Below the pieces are notes generated by a model, which was not told where the DNA came from, did no database searches, and saw nothing but the letters and a program-made list of their open reading frames with translations. The translations under genes and the position numbers were made by a program. A DNA stretch of 32,000 nucleotides from Acaryochloris marina S15 (GTDB lineage: Bacteria > Cyanobacteriota > Cyanobacteriia > Thermosynechococcales > Thermosynechococcaceae), in contig NZ_CP064921.1 in NCBI RefSeq assembly GCF_018336915.1, forward strand, positions 112,268-144,267, read 5' to 3'. Shown here in pieces: positions 10,175 through 21,188 of this stretch (positions within the stretch are counted from its first letter, which is position 1; each line of letters opens with the position of its first letter).

Positions 10175-11173
10175 TCAGCCAGCGAGAAAGTCTTGCATAC
10201 TCTCTTTATGCTTCTGTAAATTTTTAATCGCTTGCTTCTGTATCTGGCGTACTCGCTCTCGACTAACACCCATCTGACGACTGATGGCTGCGAGTGTATG
10301 TCCCTGCCCATCAATCAATCCATATCGAAGGATTACCACCTCACGCTGTTGGTTTGGGAGTGAATCTAATAATTGATTGATTGATTGATGAAACAATTTC
10401 TGTGTTACAAATTGCTCAGGTAATGGTTCCTCAGATTCTATAAAATCACCCACTGTCTGTTCCTGATCATCACCCACTTTGTGATCGAGAGAAAGCGTAT
10501 GTTGAGCAAGACGTAGGGACTCTATAACCTGCTCGGGAGAAATAGATAACTCTTTCCCAATTTCTGACATTGTTGGGCTTCGTCCTAAAGATTGTGAAAG
10601 TTCTCGCTGAGCACGCTTGATCTTATTGAGCCTTTCAGTACAGTGGACGGGGAGTCGGACAGTACGACCTTGTTCTGCTATCGCACGAGTAATCCCTTGC
10701 CTAATCCACCAGTAGGCATAGGTAGAGAAACGATACCCCCGCTGAGGATCAAACTTTTCAACAGCTTTTGCCAGCCCCAAAGTACCCTCTTGTATGAGAT
10801 CGAGAAACTCCAAATTACGATCTTTGTATTTTTTAGCTATGACAACCACCAGGCGTAAGTTGGCTGCAATCATTCTTTGTTTAGCCTTTTGGCCCTGTTC
10901 AAGTTGTTCCAATAGAGAAGCTACCACACACTGAGCTTCCTCAGCCCAAGCTTGCAGAGAAAGCTCACCCCCATCTCGCTGAATCAACTGTTCTTTGAAA
11001 ACTTGTAACGTCACCATGGCCTGGACTTGCTTACTCAATTGCAACTCTTGGGCAGGAGTGAGTAGAGGAACCCGCCCTATATCACGCAAATAAAGACGAA
11101 CATTATCCGTAACAACTTTTTGTTGTCTAGAAGGAGATTGATGCGGTCTGAGACGCTTGATGGTATTGGTCAT
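10175..11173 (-). CDS. Group-2 RpoD-type sigma-70 factor
   Basis: Has YLRDIGRVPLLTPAQE (region 1.2), ANLRLVVVIAKKYKDRNLEFLDLIQEGTLGLAKAVEKFDPQRGYRFSTYAYWWIRQ (region 2), and regions 3 and 4. There is no region 1.1. The likely start is the ATG at 11173 (MTNTIKRL), not the ORF-track start at 11242. Confidence 0.9.
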   Translation of the reverse strand: MTNTIKRLRPHQSPSRQQKVVTDNVRLYLRDIGRVPLLTPAQELQLSKQVQAMVTLQVFKEQLIQRDGGELSLQAWAEEAQCVVASLLEQLEQGQKAKQRMIAANLRLVVVIAKKYKDRNLEFLDLIQEGTLGLAKAVEKFDPQRGYRFSTYAYWWIRQGITRAIAEQGRTVRLPVHCTERLNKIKRAQRELSQSLGRSPTMSEIGKELSISPEQVIESLRLAQHTLSLDHKVGDDQEQTVGDFIESEEPLPEQFVTQKLFHQSINQLLDSLPNQQREVVILRYGLIDGQGHTLAAISRQMGVSRERVRQIQKQAIKNLQKHKESMQDFLAG

Positions 11174-11309
11174 GAAGGTTTTCTCTCTATAGACTGAAAT
11201 AGAAATAGAGTAGGTGATTTTTATGGTGTTGTATTCACGCAATTACTCTATTTAATTCCAAATTCTGTGAGATGAGATCCACCGCATGTCTAAAATGATT
11301 AGGTTCAAC

Positions 11310-12443
11310 TCATCCATTTGGACTAGTCCGCATGGGTAGTCGAACAGTCACATTCGTCCCTTGATCCACTGAACTGCTAACTTCGATGTGTCCGTTGTGA
11401 AGTTCCACACATTGTTGGACAATTGCAAGTCCTAGTCCGCTCCCCGGCAATCGTCCAACATTTGCTGCTCGATAAAATGGTTCAAATAAATGTTCTTGAT
11501 CGTCCGAGGGAATCCCGATTCCAGAATCCTGGATTTGAAATTCAATTTGGTTTTCAATGTAGGCAAGTCCTAACTGGACTTCCCCACCATCAGGAGAGTA
11601 TTTAATTGCATTCGCCAGCAAGTTCCCGAGAATGTAGCGTAATAATTTTTGATCCACAAAAAGAGGTTGTGCTGGATAGCAGGCATTTTTCACCTCAAAC
11701 TGTAAGCGGCAAGGCTGAGTCGAGCTATATCTCACTTCTTCAATCAAGCGACGGCAGAATTCCTCTAAGTCCAGAGCCTCGGGTTCAAAGGTGAGCTTAC
11801 CTACTCCAACTCGCCCCATCACTAACACATCATCCACTAGTGAAGTTAGACGCTTAAGAGAGTCTCGTATATGTTGGAAGAAATCTTGCTTCTTCTCTGT
11901 TGAGAGAGTGTTACCCCGACCTTCCAATAGCTGGATATATCCAGAAATAGCTCCTAAGGGATTACGAAATTCATGAGAAACCATAGAAACAAACTGAGAC
12001 TTGAGCCGATTCATTTCTTGTAAATCTTCATTCGCCTGCTGTAATTTAGAATTAGCCTGTTGTAGCTCTAAAGAGATCTGGCGAGTCCGTAAAAGCACCT
12101 CTACCCTAGCTTGCAATTCAGCCATCTCAATAGGAGCAGTGATAATTTCTTCAATCACCTGCCAATACTGGGGTTTAATCGTGCTCATTTTTCCTTGGCC
12201 TACTATCAACAGCACGGGTAAAAGGACAGGTTTTTGGGCTGACCTGCAATCTGTGATGGACTGCCAAAGCTGTTCAAGCATTTGACCATCAATAATACAT
12301 AAATCAAATGGTGTTTGAAGTAATTCCTGGGTCGAGTTTTTTTGCTCAGATTCTTCAGAGATAACCTCATGGTACTCAGACAACTTGCCTGTGATAAACG
12401 CACTGTTTGCAGATCTAGCAAATAATAATAAGATTCGAGCCAT
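11310..12443 (-). CDS. Histidine kinase with an N-terminal pseudo-receiver domain
   Basis: The N-terminal roughly 120 aa is receiver-like but lacks the acidic pair (ILLLFARSAN). A coiled coil follows, then HisKA (SHEFRNPL) and HATPase (NAIKYS, DSGIGIP, GSGLGLAIV). Confidence 0.85.
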   Translation of the reverse strand: MARILLLFARSANSAFITGKLSEYHEVISEESEQKNSTQELLQTPFDLCIIDGQMLEQLWQSITDCRSAQKPVLLPVLLIVGQGKMSTIKPQYWQVIEEIITAPIEMAELQARVEVLLRTRQISLELQQANSKLQQANEDLQEMNRLKSQFVSMVSHEFRNPLGAISGYIQLLEGRGNTLSTEKKQDFFQHIRDSLKRLTSLVDDVLVMGRVGVGKLTFEPEALDLEEFCRRLIEEVRYSSTQPCRLQFEVKNACYPAQPLFVDQKLLRYILGNLLANAIKYSPDGGEVQLGLAYIENQIEFQIQDSGIGIPSDDQEHLFEPFYRAANVGRLPGSGLGLAIVQQCVELHNGHIEVSSSVDQGTNVTVRLPMRTSPNG

Positions 12444-12539
12444 TTATTTATTGAGTATGAGTCCTAGACGTTCTAAACGCGATCATGGGTCTTTCAATCG
12501 TTATACTGCTCTAGTGCCATCATCTCGCAAATACACATT

Positions 12540-14039
12540 TTGGTTAGTAATGTGGGCAAAAACCCTAAAAAGACTAAGACCAATAAAGTTCGGATATCAA
12601 CAGGAATATCTGGCCTTGATGAAATCCTTCAAGGGGGACTCATTGCTAATCGAGCTTACTTAGTACGAGGAGGGCCAGGAACAGGCAAAACTACCTTAGG
12701 GCTTCATTACTTAACTACTCAATTGCCTAAGGGGAAATCGTCCCTGCTCATCTGCTTTGGTGAACCAGGCAACCAAATTCTAGAATCTGGATCTGACATG
12801 GAGTTAGATCTAGATTGTCTGCACTGTCTTGATTTAAGTCCTGACTCAGCTTTTTTCACTGAGTCACAAACCTACGATTTTTTTAGCCCTGCTGAGGTAG
12901 AGAAAGATCCCATTACTCAGAAAATCGTGGATCAAGTGACTAAGCTAAACCCGGATCGAATCTTTGTAGATTCGATGACGCAATTTCGCTACATCACTGC
13001 AGATGCATTTCAGTTTCGCAAGCAGGTATTGGCGTTTATCCGCTTTATTCTTGGCCAAGGTGCAACGGTTGTTTTCACATCGGAAAGCAGTCCAGAAGAG
13101 CCCGACTATGATCTACAGTTCATGAGTGATGGGGTGATTAATCTGGAACTTACGCCCACACGGCGTACCGTGAGTATTTCAAAGTTCCGTAACTCAGGGT
13201 TTCAGCCAGGACAACATTCTCTACGATTAGGTCCCCAAGGCATGATTGTTTTTCCCAAATTATTACCTGAAGCTTACAAACGTAATTTTCAACCTGAACC
13301 ATTACCATCTGGCATCCCTAGTCTCGACAAAATGCTAAAAGGGGGCATTGAAAGAGGAATGGTGACGCTATTTAGAGGAGCGAGTGGGGTAGGCAAAACC
13401 ACCATTGGTCTTCAGTTCATGAAGGAAGCGGCAAGTCGTATGGAGCGTTCAGTCGTATTTACCTTCGAAGAAGATGTAGAAGTCATCTTACGACGTTCGG
13501 AGAATCTGAAAATTCCGGCACGGGTGATGACAGAGCAAGGCTCATTAGCCATTGTTAAAATCGAACCCTTGCAATATACCCCTGACGAGTTCTCTAGTAT
13601 TGTTCGCCATGAGGTTGAGGAAAATAATGTCCGTATTGTCATGCTTGATAGTATCTCTGGCTATAACCTTTCCATGCAAGGAGAAGATTTTCTATCCCAC
13701 CTTCATGCGTTATGTAAGTATCTGGCAAATATGGGGGTTGCGGTGATTCTTATCAATGAAACAGCATTATTAGATGAAGATGACAAGGCTACGGATGATA
13801 GTTTTACTTATCTAGCTGACAATCTAATTTTGTTGAGATATATTGATCGCCATGAAGATGGCAAGGTTGAGCTACGAAAGAGCATCGGTGTGATCAAAAA
13901 GCGGTTGAGCGATTTTGAGAAAACTTTAAGAGAGCTGAAAATAACGCGGTACGGTGTGGAAGTGGGTCCACCCCTGACTGGACTTCAAGGGATTTTGGAT
14001 GGCGATGTTATCAAGTCTGAAGATGACGATGATGATTGA
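12540..14039 (+). CDS. KaiC-like double RecA-domain ATPase
   Basis: Has two Walker A motifs (GGPGTGKTT and GASGVGKTT) in duplicated KaiC/RecA-like halves, and an acidic tail EDDDDD. The start is TTG at 12540 or GTG at 12552. No kaiA or kaiB is adjacent. Confidence 0.85.
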   Translation: MVSNVGKNPKKTKTNKVRISTGISGLDEILQGGLIANRAYLVRGGPGTGKTTLGLHYLTTQLPKGKSSLLICFGEPGNQILESGSDMELDLDCLHCLDLSPDSAFFTESQTYDFFSPAEVEKDPITQKIVDQVTKLNPDRIFVDSMTQFRYITADAFQFRKQVLAFIRFILGQGATVVFTSESSPEEPDYDLQFMSDGVINLELTPTRRTVSISKFRNSGFQPGQHSLRLGPQGMIVFPKLLPEAYKRNFQPEPLPSGIPSLDKMLKGGIERGMVTLFRGASGVGKTTIGLQFMKEAASRMERSVVFTFEEDVEVILRRSENLKIPARVMTEQGSLAIVKIEPLQYTPDEFSSIVRHEVEENNVRIVMLDSISGYNLSMQGEDFLSHLHALCKYLANMGVAVILINETALLDEDDKATDDSFTYLADNLILLRYIDRHEDGKVELRKSIGVIKKRLSDFEKTLRELKITRYGVEVGPPLTGLQGILDGDVIKSEDDDDD

Positions 14040-15146
14040 TCAAGTAGGTATGCGGACCTTAAAACTACTGCCTTTCCCTACTTGTGACTTTACTTCAACC
14101 ATACCTTGGTGGGCCTCGATGATTTGGCGGACTAGGTTCAGCCCTAAACCATTACCAGAGCAGCGGTGATTGCCTTGGAATTCTCGCTCAAACACGATGG
14201 GCTGCTCCTCATCTGAAATTCCACACCCAGTATCATCAACCTTAATTGTTAGATAATTACTTTGCCTATCAAGTTGAATCTGGATGGAACCATTATCTGT
14301 AAATTTAATCGCATTACCCACGAGATTCGTAATGACTCTTCTCAACTCCAACCGAGCACCGGACAGTTGGAAATCATGTATTGAATTGGAATTAGACTTC
14401 ACTACTATTGTTAGTTCAAGTTCCTTCTCCTCAGCTAACGGCCTGAGTTCTTCAATCACTGACTCCGCTAGTTGTTTTACATCGAAAGTCGTATAGGGTA
14501 GTGCTTTTTGACCTGCTTCATATTTATAAATTTCAAGTAATGTATTGGTCATTTGCAGCAGATCATGGTTGCTATCTTTCATAGTGGCGATCACTGTTTG
14601 GCACTGATCAGGGATTGCCCCATACTTACCTCGCTCTAGTAATACAAACATCCGATCTGCTGCAACGAGAGGAATTCGTAAATCATGGGTGAGGCGATAG
14701 ACAAATTCTTCCCGCATGACCGTCATTTGTTCCCGTTCGTCAATACTATGCTTTAGGCGCAATAGAGAACGGACGCGAGCTAACAACTCCGTAACCTCAA
14801 CAGGTTTTCTGATGAAATCATCGGCCCCAGCATCAAGTCCCTCTACTACATCCGATTGTTCTTGGGCCGTAATCAGCAATATCGGGATGAAAGGCAACTC
14901 TTTTTGCTTACGAATGTGCCGGGTTAACTCTATTCCATCCATACCTGGCATCATCACATCCGATAGTACTAAATGTGGAACTGATATTTGAACTTGTTCG
15001 AGAGCAACTTTCCCATTCTCGGCTAAGCTGACCTGGTACCCTTCCGTCTCTAGAACGGCTTGAATAAAGCAGAGGTTTTCATAAGCATCATCAACAACTA
15101 AGATCTGGTCTTGTTGATCAACTGGAAAAGTGTAGTCGATATTCAT
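14040..15146 (-). CDS. Hybrid receiver-histidine kinase (REC-HisKA-HATPase)
   Basis: The receiver has LVVDDAYEN ... LVLSDVMMPGMDG ... K. The kinase part has THDLRIPL (H-box), NAIKFT, DTGCGIS and GNGLGLNL. Confidence 0.88.
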   Translation of the reverse strand: MNIDYTFPVDQQDQILVVDDAYENLCFIQAVLETEGYQVSLAENGKVALEQVQISVPHLVLSDVMMPGMDGIELTRHIRKQKELPFIPILLITAQEQSDVVEGLDAGADDFIRKPVEVTELLARVRSLLRLKHSIDEREQMTVMREEFVYRLTHDLRIPLVAADRMFVLLERGKYGAIPDQCQTVIATMKDSNHDLLQMTNTLLEIYKYEAGQKALPYTTFDVKQLAESVIEELRPLAEEKELELTIVVKSNSNSIHDFQLSGARLELRRVITNLVGNAIKFTDNGSIQIQLDRQSNYLTIKVDDTGCGISDEEQPIVFEREFQGNHRCSGNGLGLNLVRQIIEAHQGMVEVKSQVGKGSSFKVRIPT

Positions 15147-15282
15147 AGAGGGACCTCAGAAACCTATAATCATTATTCTGTAAGGGATGTGGCATACTAA
15201 ATTGAAGTTCCACTAGTTTATCCGACAACCTTCGGTATCCGCGTCAGCCTATTGGACTAAGCCCTATAGACATGATTGGTCT

Positions 15283-16026
15283 ATGAATATCATCCGCATC
15301 GTAATTGTTGAAGACCATACCCTTACCCGCATGGGATTATTGGGGGCGTTAGAGGAGCAAGACAATTTTGAAGTTGTTGGAGAAGCAGCCACAGGTAATG
15401 ATGGATTAGGGCTTCTGAAAGACCTTCAGCCTGATGTTGCGATAATCGATATTGGGTTGCCTGATTTTGATGGTATTGAGCTAGTCCAACAGTTCAGAAA
15501 ACTGCAGTCGGATAGTAATGACACAGCAACCAAAATTCTCATTTTGACAATGCATCATCAGGAAGTTGAAGTCCTCGCAGCGTTTGCGGCGGGTGCGGAT
15601 TCCTACTGTGTCAAAGATACTGATATTGAGCTATTGGTTGAGGCTGTGAATACAACAGCTGAAGGGCATTCTTGGATTGATCCTGCGATCGCAAGTATTG
15701 TGCTTGAACAGGCTCGCAAAGGTCAATTGGAAAATACAGCAACTGCTACCAGTGATAAAGGTGGAGTGGGTGAGGGGGAAGCTGTAACCATTCAGGGTAT
15801 AGATCCTGAACAAGCTCAGCTATTGCAAGCTTCTCCCTTAACAGAACGAGAGTTAGAAGTTCTAGAGCTAATTGTAGGTGGCCATAGCAATACTGAGATC
15901 GCAGAGTCACTATTTTTGAGTATGGGAACGGTGAAAACTCACGTTCGGAACATCTTAAGCAAGCTTTGCGCGAGTGATCGGACGGAGGCAGCGGTCAGAG
16001 CCCTAAGATCTGGCTTGGTCAAATAG
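15283..16026 (+). CDS. NarL/LuxR-family response regulator
   Basis: REC domain (IVEDHTL ... AIIDIGLPDFDG ... K) and a C-terminal LuxR HTH (LTERELEVLELIVGGHSNTEIAESLFLSMGTVKTHVRNILSKL). The linker of roughly 50 aa is unusually long. Confidence 0.9.
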   Translation: MNIIRIVIVEDHTLTRMGLLGALEEQDNFEVVGEAATGNDGLGLLKDLQPDVAIIDIGLPDFDGIELVQQFRKLQSDSNDTATKILILTMHHQEVEVLAAFAAGADSYCVKDTDIELLVEAVNTTAEGHSWIDPAIASIVLEQARKGQLENTATATSDKGGVGEGEAVTIQGIDPEQAQLLQASPLTERELEVLELIVGGHSNTEIAESLFLSMGTVKTHVRNILSKLCASDRTEAAVRALRSGLVK

Positions 16027-16266
16027 CCTCTAAGGAAATTAAGTATTAACTGGGGTCAGACGGAAGCGGTGGCAGCCTAAGCATTGAGCTTTTTGTAACA
16101 TCTGCTCTGCTTGGTCCAACATCCCCTGACTGTTGGCTGAGGCATGTGGCTGGGTAATTTAATTACTCCCCCGATTTTGAGTGACACTGAAATCTCTGAT
16201 CCATTGTTAAGACGGACTGGTTCGTCAAATCTAGTGCAGAGATCGCTACCATATTCAACGGCTGTA

Positions 16267-16606
16267 TCCCTAGTGGTCATAAGTCGGTGTAAAGATCGGT
16301 ACGTTGGATGGATTCTCGAAACAACTCTCGCTTAATTTGCTGGCCAGCAGTCTCAATGTGAGCTTCCAAAAGCTGGGGGAGATCACCATCCTGATTGGGC
16401 ATTTTGTAACGGACTTCTATGGTTGCTCTCACCGTGAGTACGCCATTATGAATCTCAACGGCTTGAGTGTCGAACTGGGTCTCGGGGTTTTCACTTCCCA
16501 TTACCTGTATCCTGCTGCCAGTGCAGAGCAACGCTAACACGAAGCTCCTAATTTATCGTTCGCTTGAGATAGGCCAATCTTTACACCAACTTATGACCAC
16601 TAGGGA
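16267..16606. repeat. 340-bp segment bounded by 33-bp inverted repeats (MITE, decayed IS, or invertible segment)
   Basis: 16267-16299 reads TCCCTAGTGGTCATAAGTCGGTGTAAAGATCGG. The reverse complement of 16574-16606 reads TCCCTAGTGGTCATAAGTTGGTGTAAAGATTGG. The two differ by two C/T mismatches, and the spacer is 274 bp. Confidence 0.8.
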
Positions 16607-16816
16607 CTGCTCACCACGAGCTAGATGTAGGTAATGACATACCCCAAGATCAACCGATCGGACTAGTCCAAAAGGAGGATGGGGATGTAAAAAAATTCAT
16701 CCTCTCTGCTGATGGTGAGTTTAAGTAATTTTGCTTCAATGAAGATACGGTTTCAACAATCTTGTGGGTTGCCAGATTACAGCTTTACTCAAGCCATTAT
16801 TATAAGAGATTGAACC

Positions 16817-17341
16817 ATGTTTTCTAGCCGTCCCACTCAATGGATTCTTAGCACTACTTTCCTCGTAAGCAGCCTGGCCCTAGTTGGTTGCCAATCTATT
16901 CAGGCTAGACCTAATAGTGATTCTTCTCAAACAAATCCTGCGGCAATCCTTCAGCCTGGGAAAAACCAATCCCAAGATTACCTGATGACAGGGATTCAAA
17001 AAGCCTTTACCGAAGACTATGTGGGTGCGATTGAAGCCTATGATCTAGCGATTCAATTAACAACCTCGAATTCGGAAGTTTATTACAATCGTGGTGTTGC
17101 GTATTTCTCAATTGGTCAGACTGACAATGCGATCAAGGATTTTAACCGTGCCATCGAACTAACTCCCACTATGGCTGAAGCTTATGGCAATCGCGGTACG
17201 ATTCGTCTGCTGATGAATGATCGTCAAGGTGCCTTATCTGATTTCCAGACAGCTGCTCAGTTATTTGACGCACAAGAAGATCATACCTCTGCAAACATGA
17301 TGCGTGGGTTGATTGAGCAAAACAAGACTCAGCCCTTATAG
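16817..17341 (+). CDS. TPR-repeat lipoprotein
   Basis: Signal peptide with lipobox LALVGC, followed by three TPR units (AYDLAIQL.., YYNRGVAYFSIGQTDNAIKDFNRAIEL, AYGNRGTIRL). Confidence 0.8.
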   Translation: MFSSRPTQWILSTTFLVSSLALVGCQSIQARPNSDSSQTNPAAILQPGKNQSQDYLMTGIQKAFTEDYVGAIEAYDLAIQLTTSNSEVYYNRGVAYFSIGQTDNAIKDFNRAIELTPTMAEAYGNRGTIRLLMNDRQGALSDFQTAAQLFDAQEDHTSANMMRGLIEQNKTQPL

Positions 17342-17421
17342 AATTTTGAAACTCCCTTCAGTATTGGCCCACCAGGCGAAATAACATTCATCTCCCTTCT
17401 ATCTGTAATCACCTTTAGATC

Positions 17422-17631
17422 ATGACTCATACACTCTCTCAGGCAGTAGGGTGTTCCTCATCTACCCCAAAAATCACAAAACTCTCATGGTGGAAATCTG
17501 TTAGACCCCTGAGATACCTATCCTATGATTTGGGCATTGACTTGGGTACTTCCAATACTTTGATGCACAGTTCTCATCAAGGAATCGTGTTGTAAGAATC
17601 CTCTGTTATTGCGATCAATTCAACAACTTAA
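17422..17631 (+). pseudogene. MreB-like actin-fold protein, N-terminal remnant
   Basis: Frame from ATG 17422 reads ...LSYDLGIDLGTSNTLMHSSHQGIVL*ESSVIAINSTT*. Compare the MreB N-terminus DLGIDLGTANTL...GIVLNEPSVVAI. There is an in-frame TAA at 17593-17595, and homology is lost after about 17620. Confidence 0.6.
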
Positions 17632-17827
17632 ATGAAAATATCAGTGCTGAGTGTCTTAGATTATCATTCTCAATATTATTGACTATTGAATGCAGTTTTT
17701 CTGACATTGACACGAGGAATTAACTTTTTCAAGAACTGAATTTTTCTAAAATTCTCAATCAAAATTCTGGATACTTCAGTACTAACACTTTTCTGATTTG
17801 AACAGTATCCCCAATTATTAGAGGTAA

Positions 17828-19467
<1,640 letters not shown>

Positions 19468-19531
19468 TCCTCGTCCACGATGGACTTGACGCATGCTGGG
19501 AGTGTCAAGAATTTTGTGTAAGCTCAATCAT

Positions 19532-19813
19532 CTAGTCAATAGGGAATCGTTCAGGGAACTCAATAGCAAATCTTGCTAAAGCTGCTTTCCAATCTCGAAT
19601 GGGCATCGTCCATTTTTTAGAAATGTTATTGAGTGCAAGATACAGCAGTTTGAAGACAGAGGTTTCATCTGGGAATGCTCCTTTAGTTTTCAAAACCTTT
19701 CTGAGACTACGATTGACTGATTCAATGGCATTGGTGGTGTAAATGGCCTTGCGAATGTCAGGCGGATAATCAAACAAAGGAATCACCCTTTCCCAATGGC
19801 GCAGCCAAATTTG
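19532..19813 (-). pseudogene. IS256-family transposase, C-terminal fragment
   Basis: Reads [50 protein letters not shown], the Transposase_mut C-terminal signature. It is separated from the rest of the gene by the nested IS. Confidence 0.85.
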
Positions 19814-21188
19814 GTTAGTGTCCCTATTTATTCGCCACGGTTTTTGAGGCGATCATGCTTGGCATGATCCCTACGAGAGACGAGAAAGAAAATCGCTAAA
19901 CAGCTCTCCTCATTTGGGAAAGCACCAATTTCGTCAGCCTTGGTTCGGAATTTCCGGAACAGCCTTTCTAGCGCATTGGAAGTACGAATCAGCGAATGAA
20001 GGGATTCATCAAAATCATAGAAACTCAAGGTCAGGGCAAAATCTTTGATGAAGGTTCTAACAGCATCGGGTTCAAGGTCTGTCCATTTCTGTGCAAACAC
20101 GAGCAACGTCACAATCGCTTCTTCCCAGTCTGGCGCTTTATAGATAGCATAGGCATCGTGTTTAATTTGTGAATATCGCAGCTTCTTTGCTTCAGAGTGG
20201 GAGAGTTCTTGTCCTTGAGCATCCAGGTGTGGCAATTGCTCATAGCCCAAATGCCGGAGCATCGCTCGAACCTTGTGGGTAATGCATCGTTGATGTTGTG
20301 CGAGGGGAAACAGAGCGCGAATTACCTTAGGTAGTCCAGTGGTGCCATCACTGACAATCAGCTTCACCAAATGGGTTTGCAATCCTCGGTGCCGCAGGTG
20401 CTCAAAGAACAGTAGCCAGGCTGCCTCAGATTCTTGGACAGCCATTTCGTAATGAAGAACGGTTTGTGTCCCATCTGGCCATATCGCCATGGCCACTAAG
20501 ATGACTCGGTCTTCCGCACGACGTAGCTTCCGGATATGTCCAGCTTGGTCTTCCCAAAAGTCTTCGGAGGCGCATTGAACACTCGCCCACACTCCATCAA
20601 CAATCAGAATAAAAGGGGTTTTCTCAAGACGAGTTTGACGACTTTGGAGCATTTGCTTCTGAGCTTTGAGAGTAATCCGGTTAATGGCATTCACGGATAA
20701 AACTGCTCCCAGGATCTCATAGAGAGCTTCTTGCAAGTCTCGAAGCGATAAACCCATGACATACAAGCCCAGGCAAAACTCTAGAAGGCTACCGAGGGCT
20801 CGTTGGTAACGCTCTAGAATCTTCCACTCTCGGTCTGCATTCCCTTTCCGTAGTTTCGGGACAGATAGTTGAGCAATCCTGCCGTACTGGGTATCAAGAA
20901 CCCGCTGATAATAGCCTGAACGTCGAGGGCGAGTCCCTTGAAGCTCTGATAGATAAGCTTGGACTTCTTCGTCTAGTGCTGACTCTACTGCTATCTGGGT
21001 AACTCGGTTAGCCTCAAGGCGCAGGGTTGCTTCTAAAGCTTTGTTAATAGAGGCATATGAACTTTGAGACTGGATACGGATAATCTGCTGCTCACGTTGG
21101 GAAATGTTCATCAAGGAGTGCTCCGAATTCTCTATTATCAGAGCATTTCAGCTATTCCAGCTCATGGCGAATAAATCAAGACACTAAC
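19814..21188 (-). mobile_element. IS256-family (mutator-type) IS, 1375 bp, nested in the outer IS256 transposase gene
   Basis: The ends are GTTAGTGTCCCTATTTATTCGCCA and, as reverse complement, GTTAGTGTCTTGATTTATTCGCCA. An 8-bp direct repeat CAAATTTG lies at 19806-19813 and 21189-21196. Removing the element restores [19 protein letters not shown] in frame. Confidence 0.88.
19828..21114 (-). CDS. IS256/mutator-family transposase (intact)
   Basis: 428-aa ORF with [38 protein letters not shown] and [29 protein letters not shown]. Confidence 0.85.
   Translation of the reverse strand: MMNISQREQQIIRIQSQSSYASINKALEATLRLEANRVTQIAVESALDEEVQAYLSELQGTRPRRSGYYQRVLDTQYGRIAQLSVPKLRKGNADREWKILERYQRALGSLLEFCLGLYVMGLSLRDLQEALYEILGAVLSVNAINRITLKAQKQMLQSRQTRLEKTPFILIVDGVWASVQCASEDFWEDQAGHIRKLRRAEDRVILVAMAIWPDGTQTVLHYEMAVQESEAAWLLFFEHLRHRGLQTHLVKLIVSDGTTGLPKVIRALFPLAQHQRCITHKVRAMLRHLGYEQLPHLDAQGQELSHSEAKKLRYSQIKHDAYAIYKAPDWEEAIVTLLVFAQKWTDLEPDAVRTFIKDFALTLSFYDFDESLHSLIRTSNALERLFRKFRTKADEIGAFPNEESCLAIFFLVSRRDHAKHDRLKNRGE

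Noticed and set aside
11174-11242. Upstream extension MREYNTIKITYSISISVYREKTF of the sigma-factor ORF.
   Set aside because: It is AT-rich and not sigma-like. The ATG at 11173 gives a normal group-2 N-terminus.
12540-14039. A bona fide circadian kaiC.
   Set aside because: No kaiA or kaiB is adjacent, and the gene is embedded in a two-component cluster. I treat it as a KaiC-like paralogue only.
14037-14042. The TGATCA palindrome formed by abutting convergent stop codons of the kaiC-like and hybrid kinase genes.
   Set aside because: It follows trivially from two stop codons meeting. No hairpin or terminator is associated with it.
16077-16540. ORFs 16077-16280 and 16277-16540 as ordinary protein-coding genes.
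   Set aside because: Both run through or start inside the 33-bp inverted repeat, and neither has a convincing ribosome-binding site or family match. They are more likely part of a decayed IS or MITE.
19805-19814. An apparent 33-bp extension of the inner IS256 inverted repeats into the flanks.
   Set aside because: It is caused by the palindromic target CCAAATTTGG. This resolves as an 8-bp direct target duplication, CAAATTTG, plus TIRs starting GTTAGTGTC.
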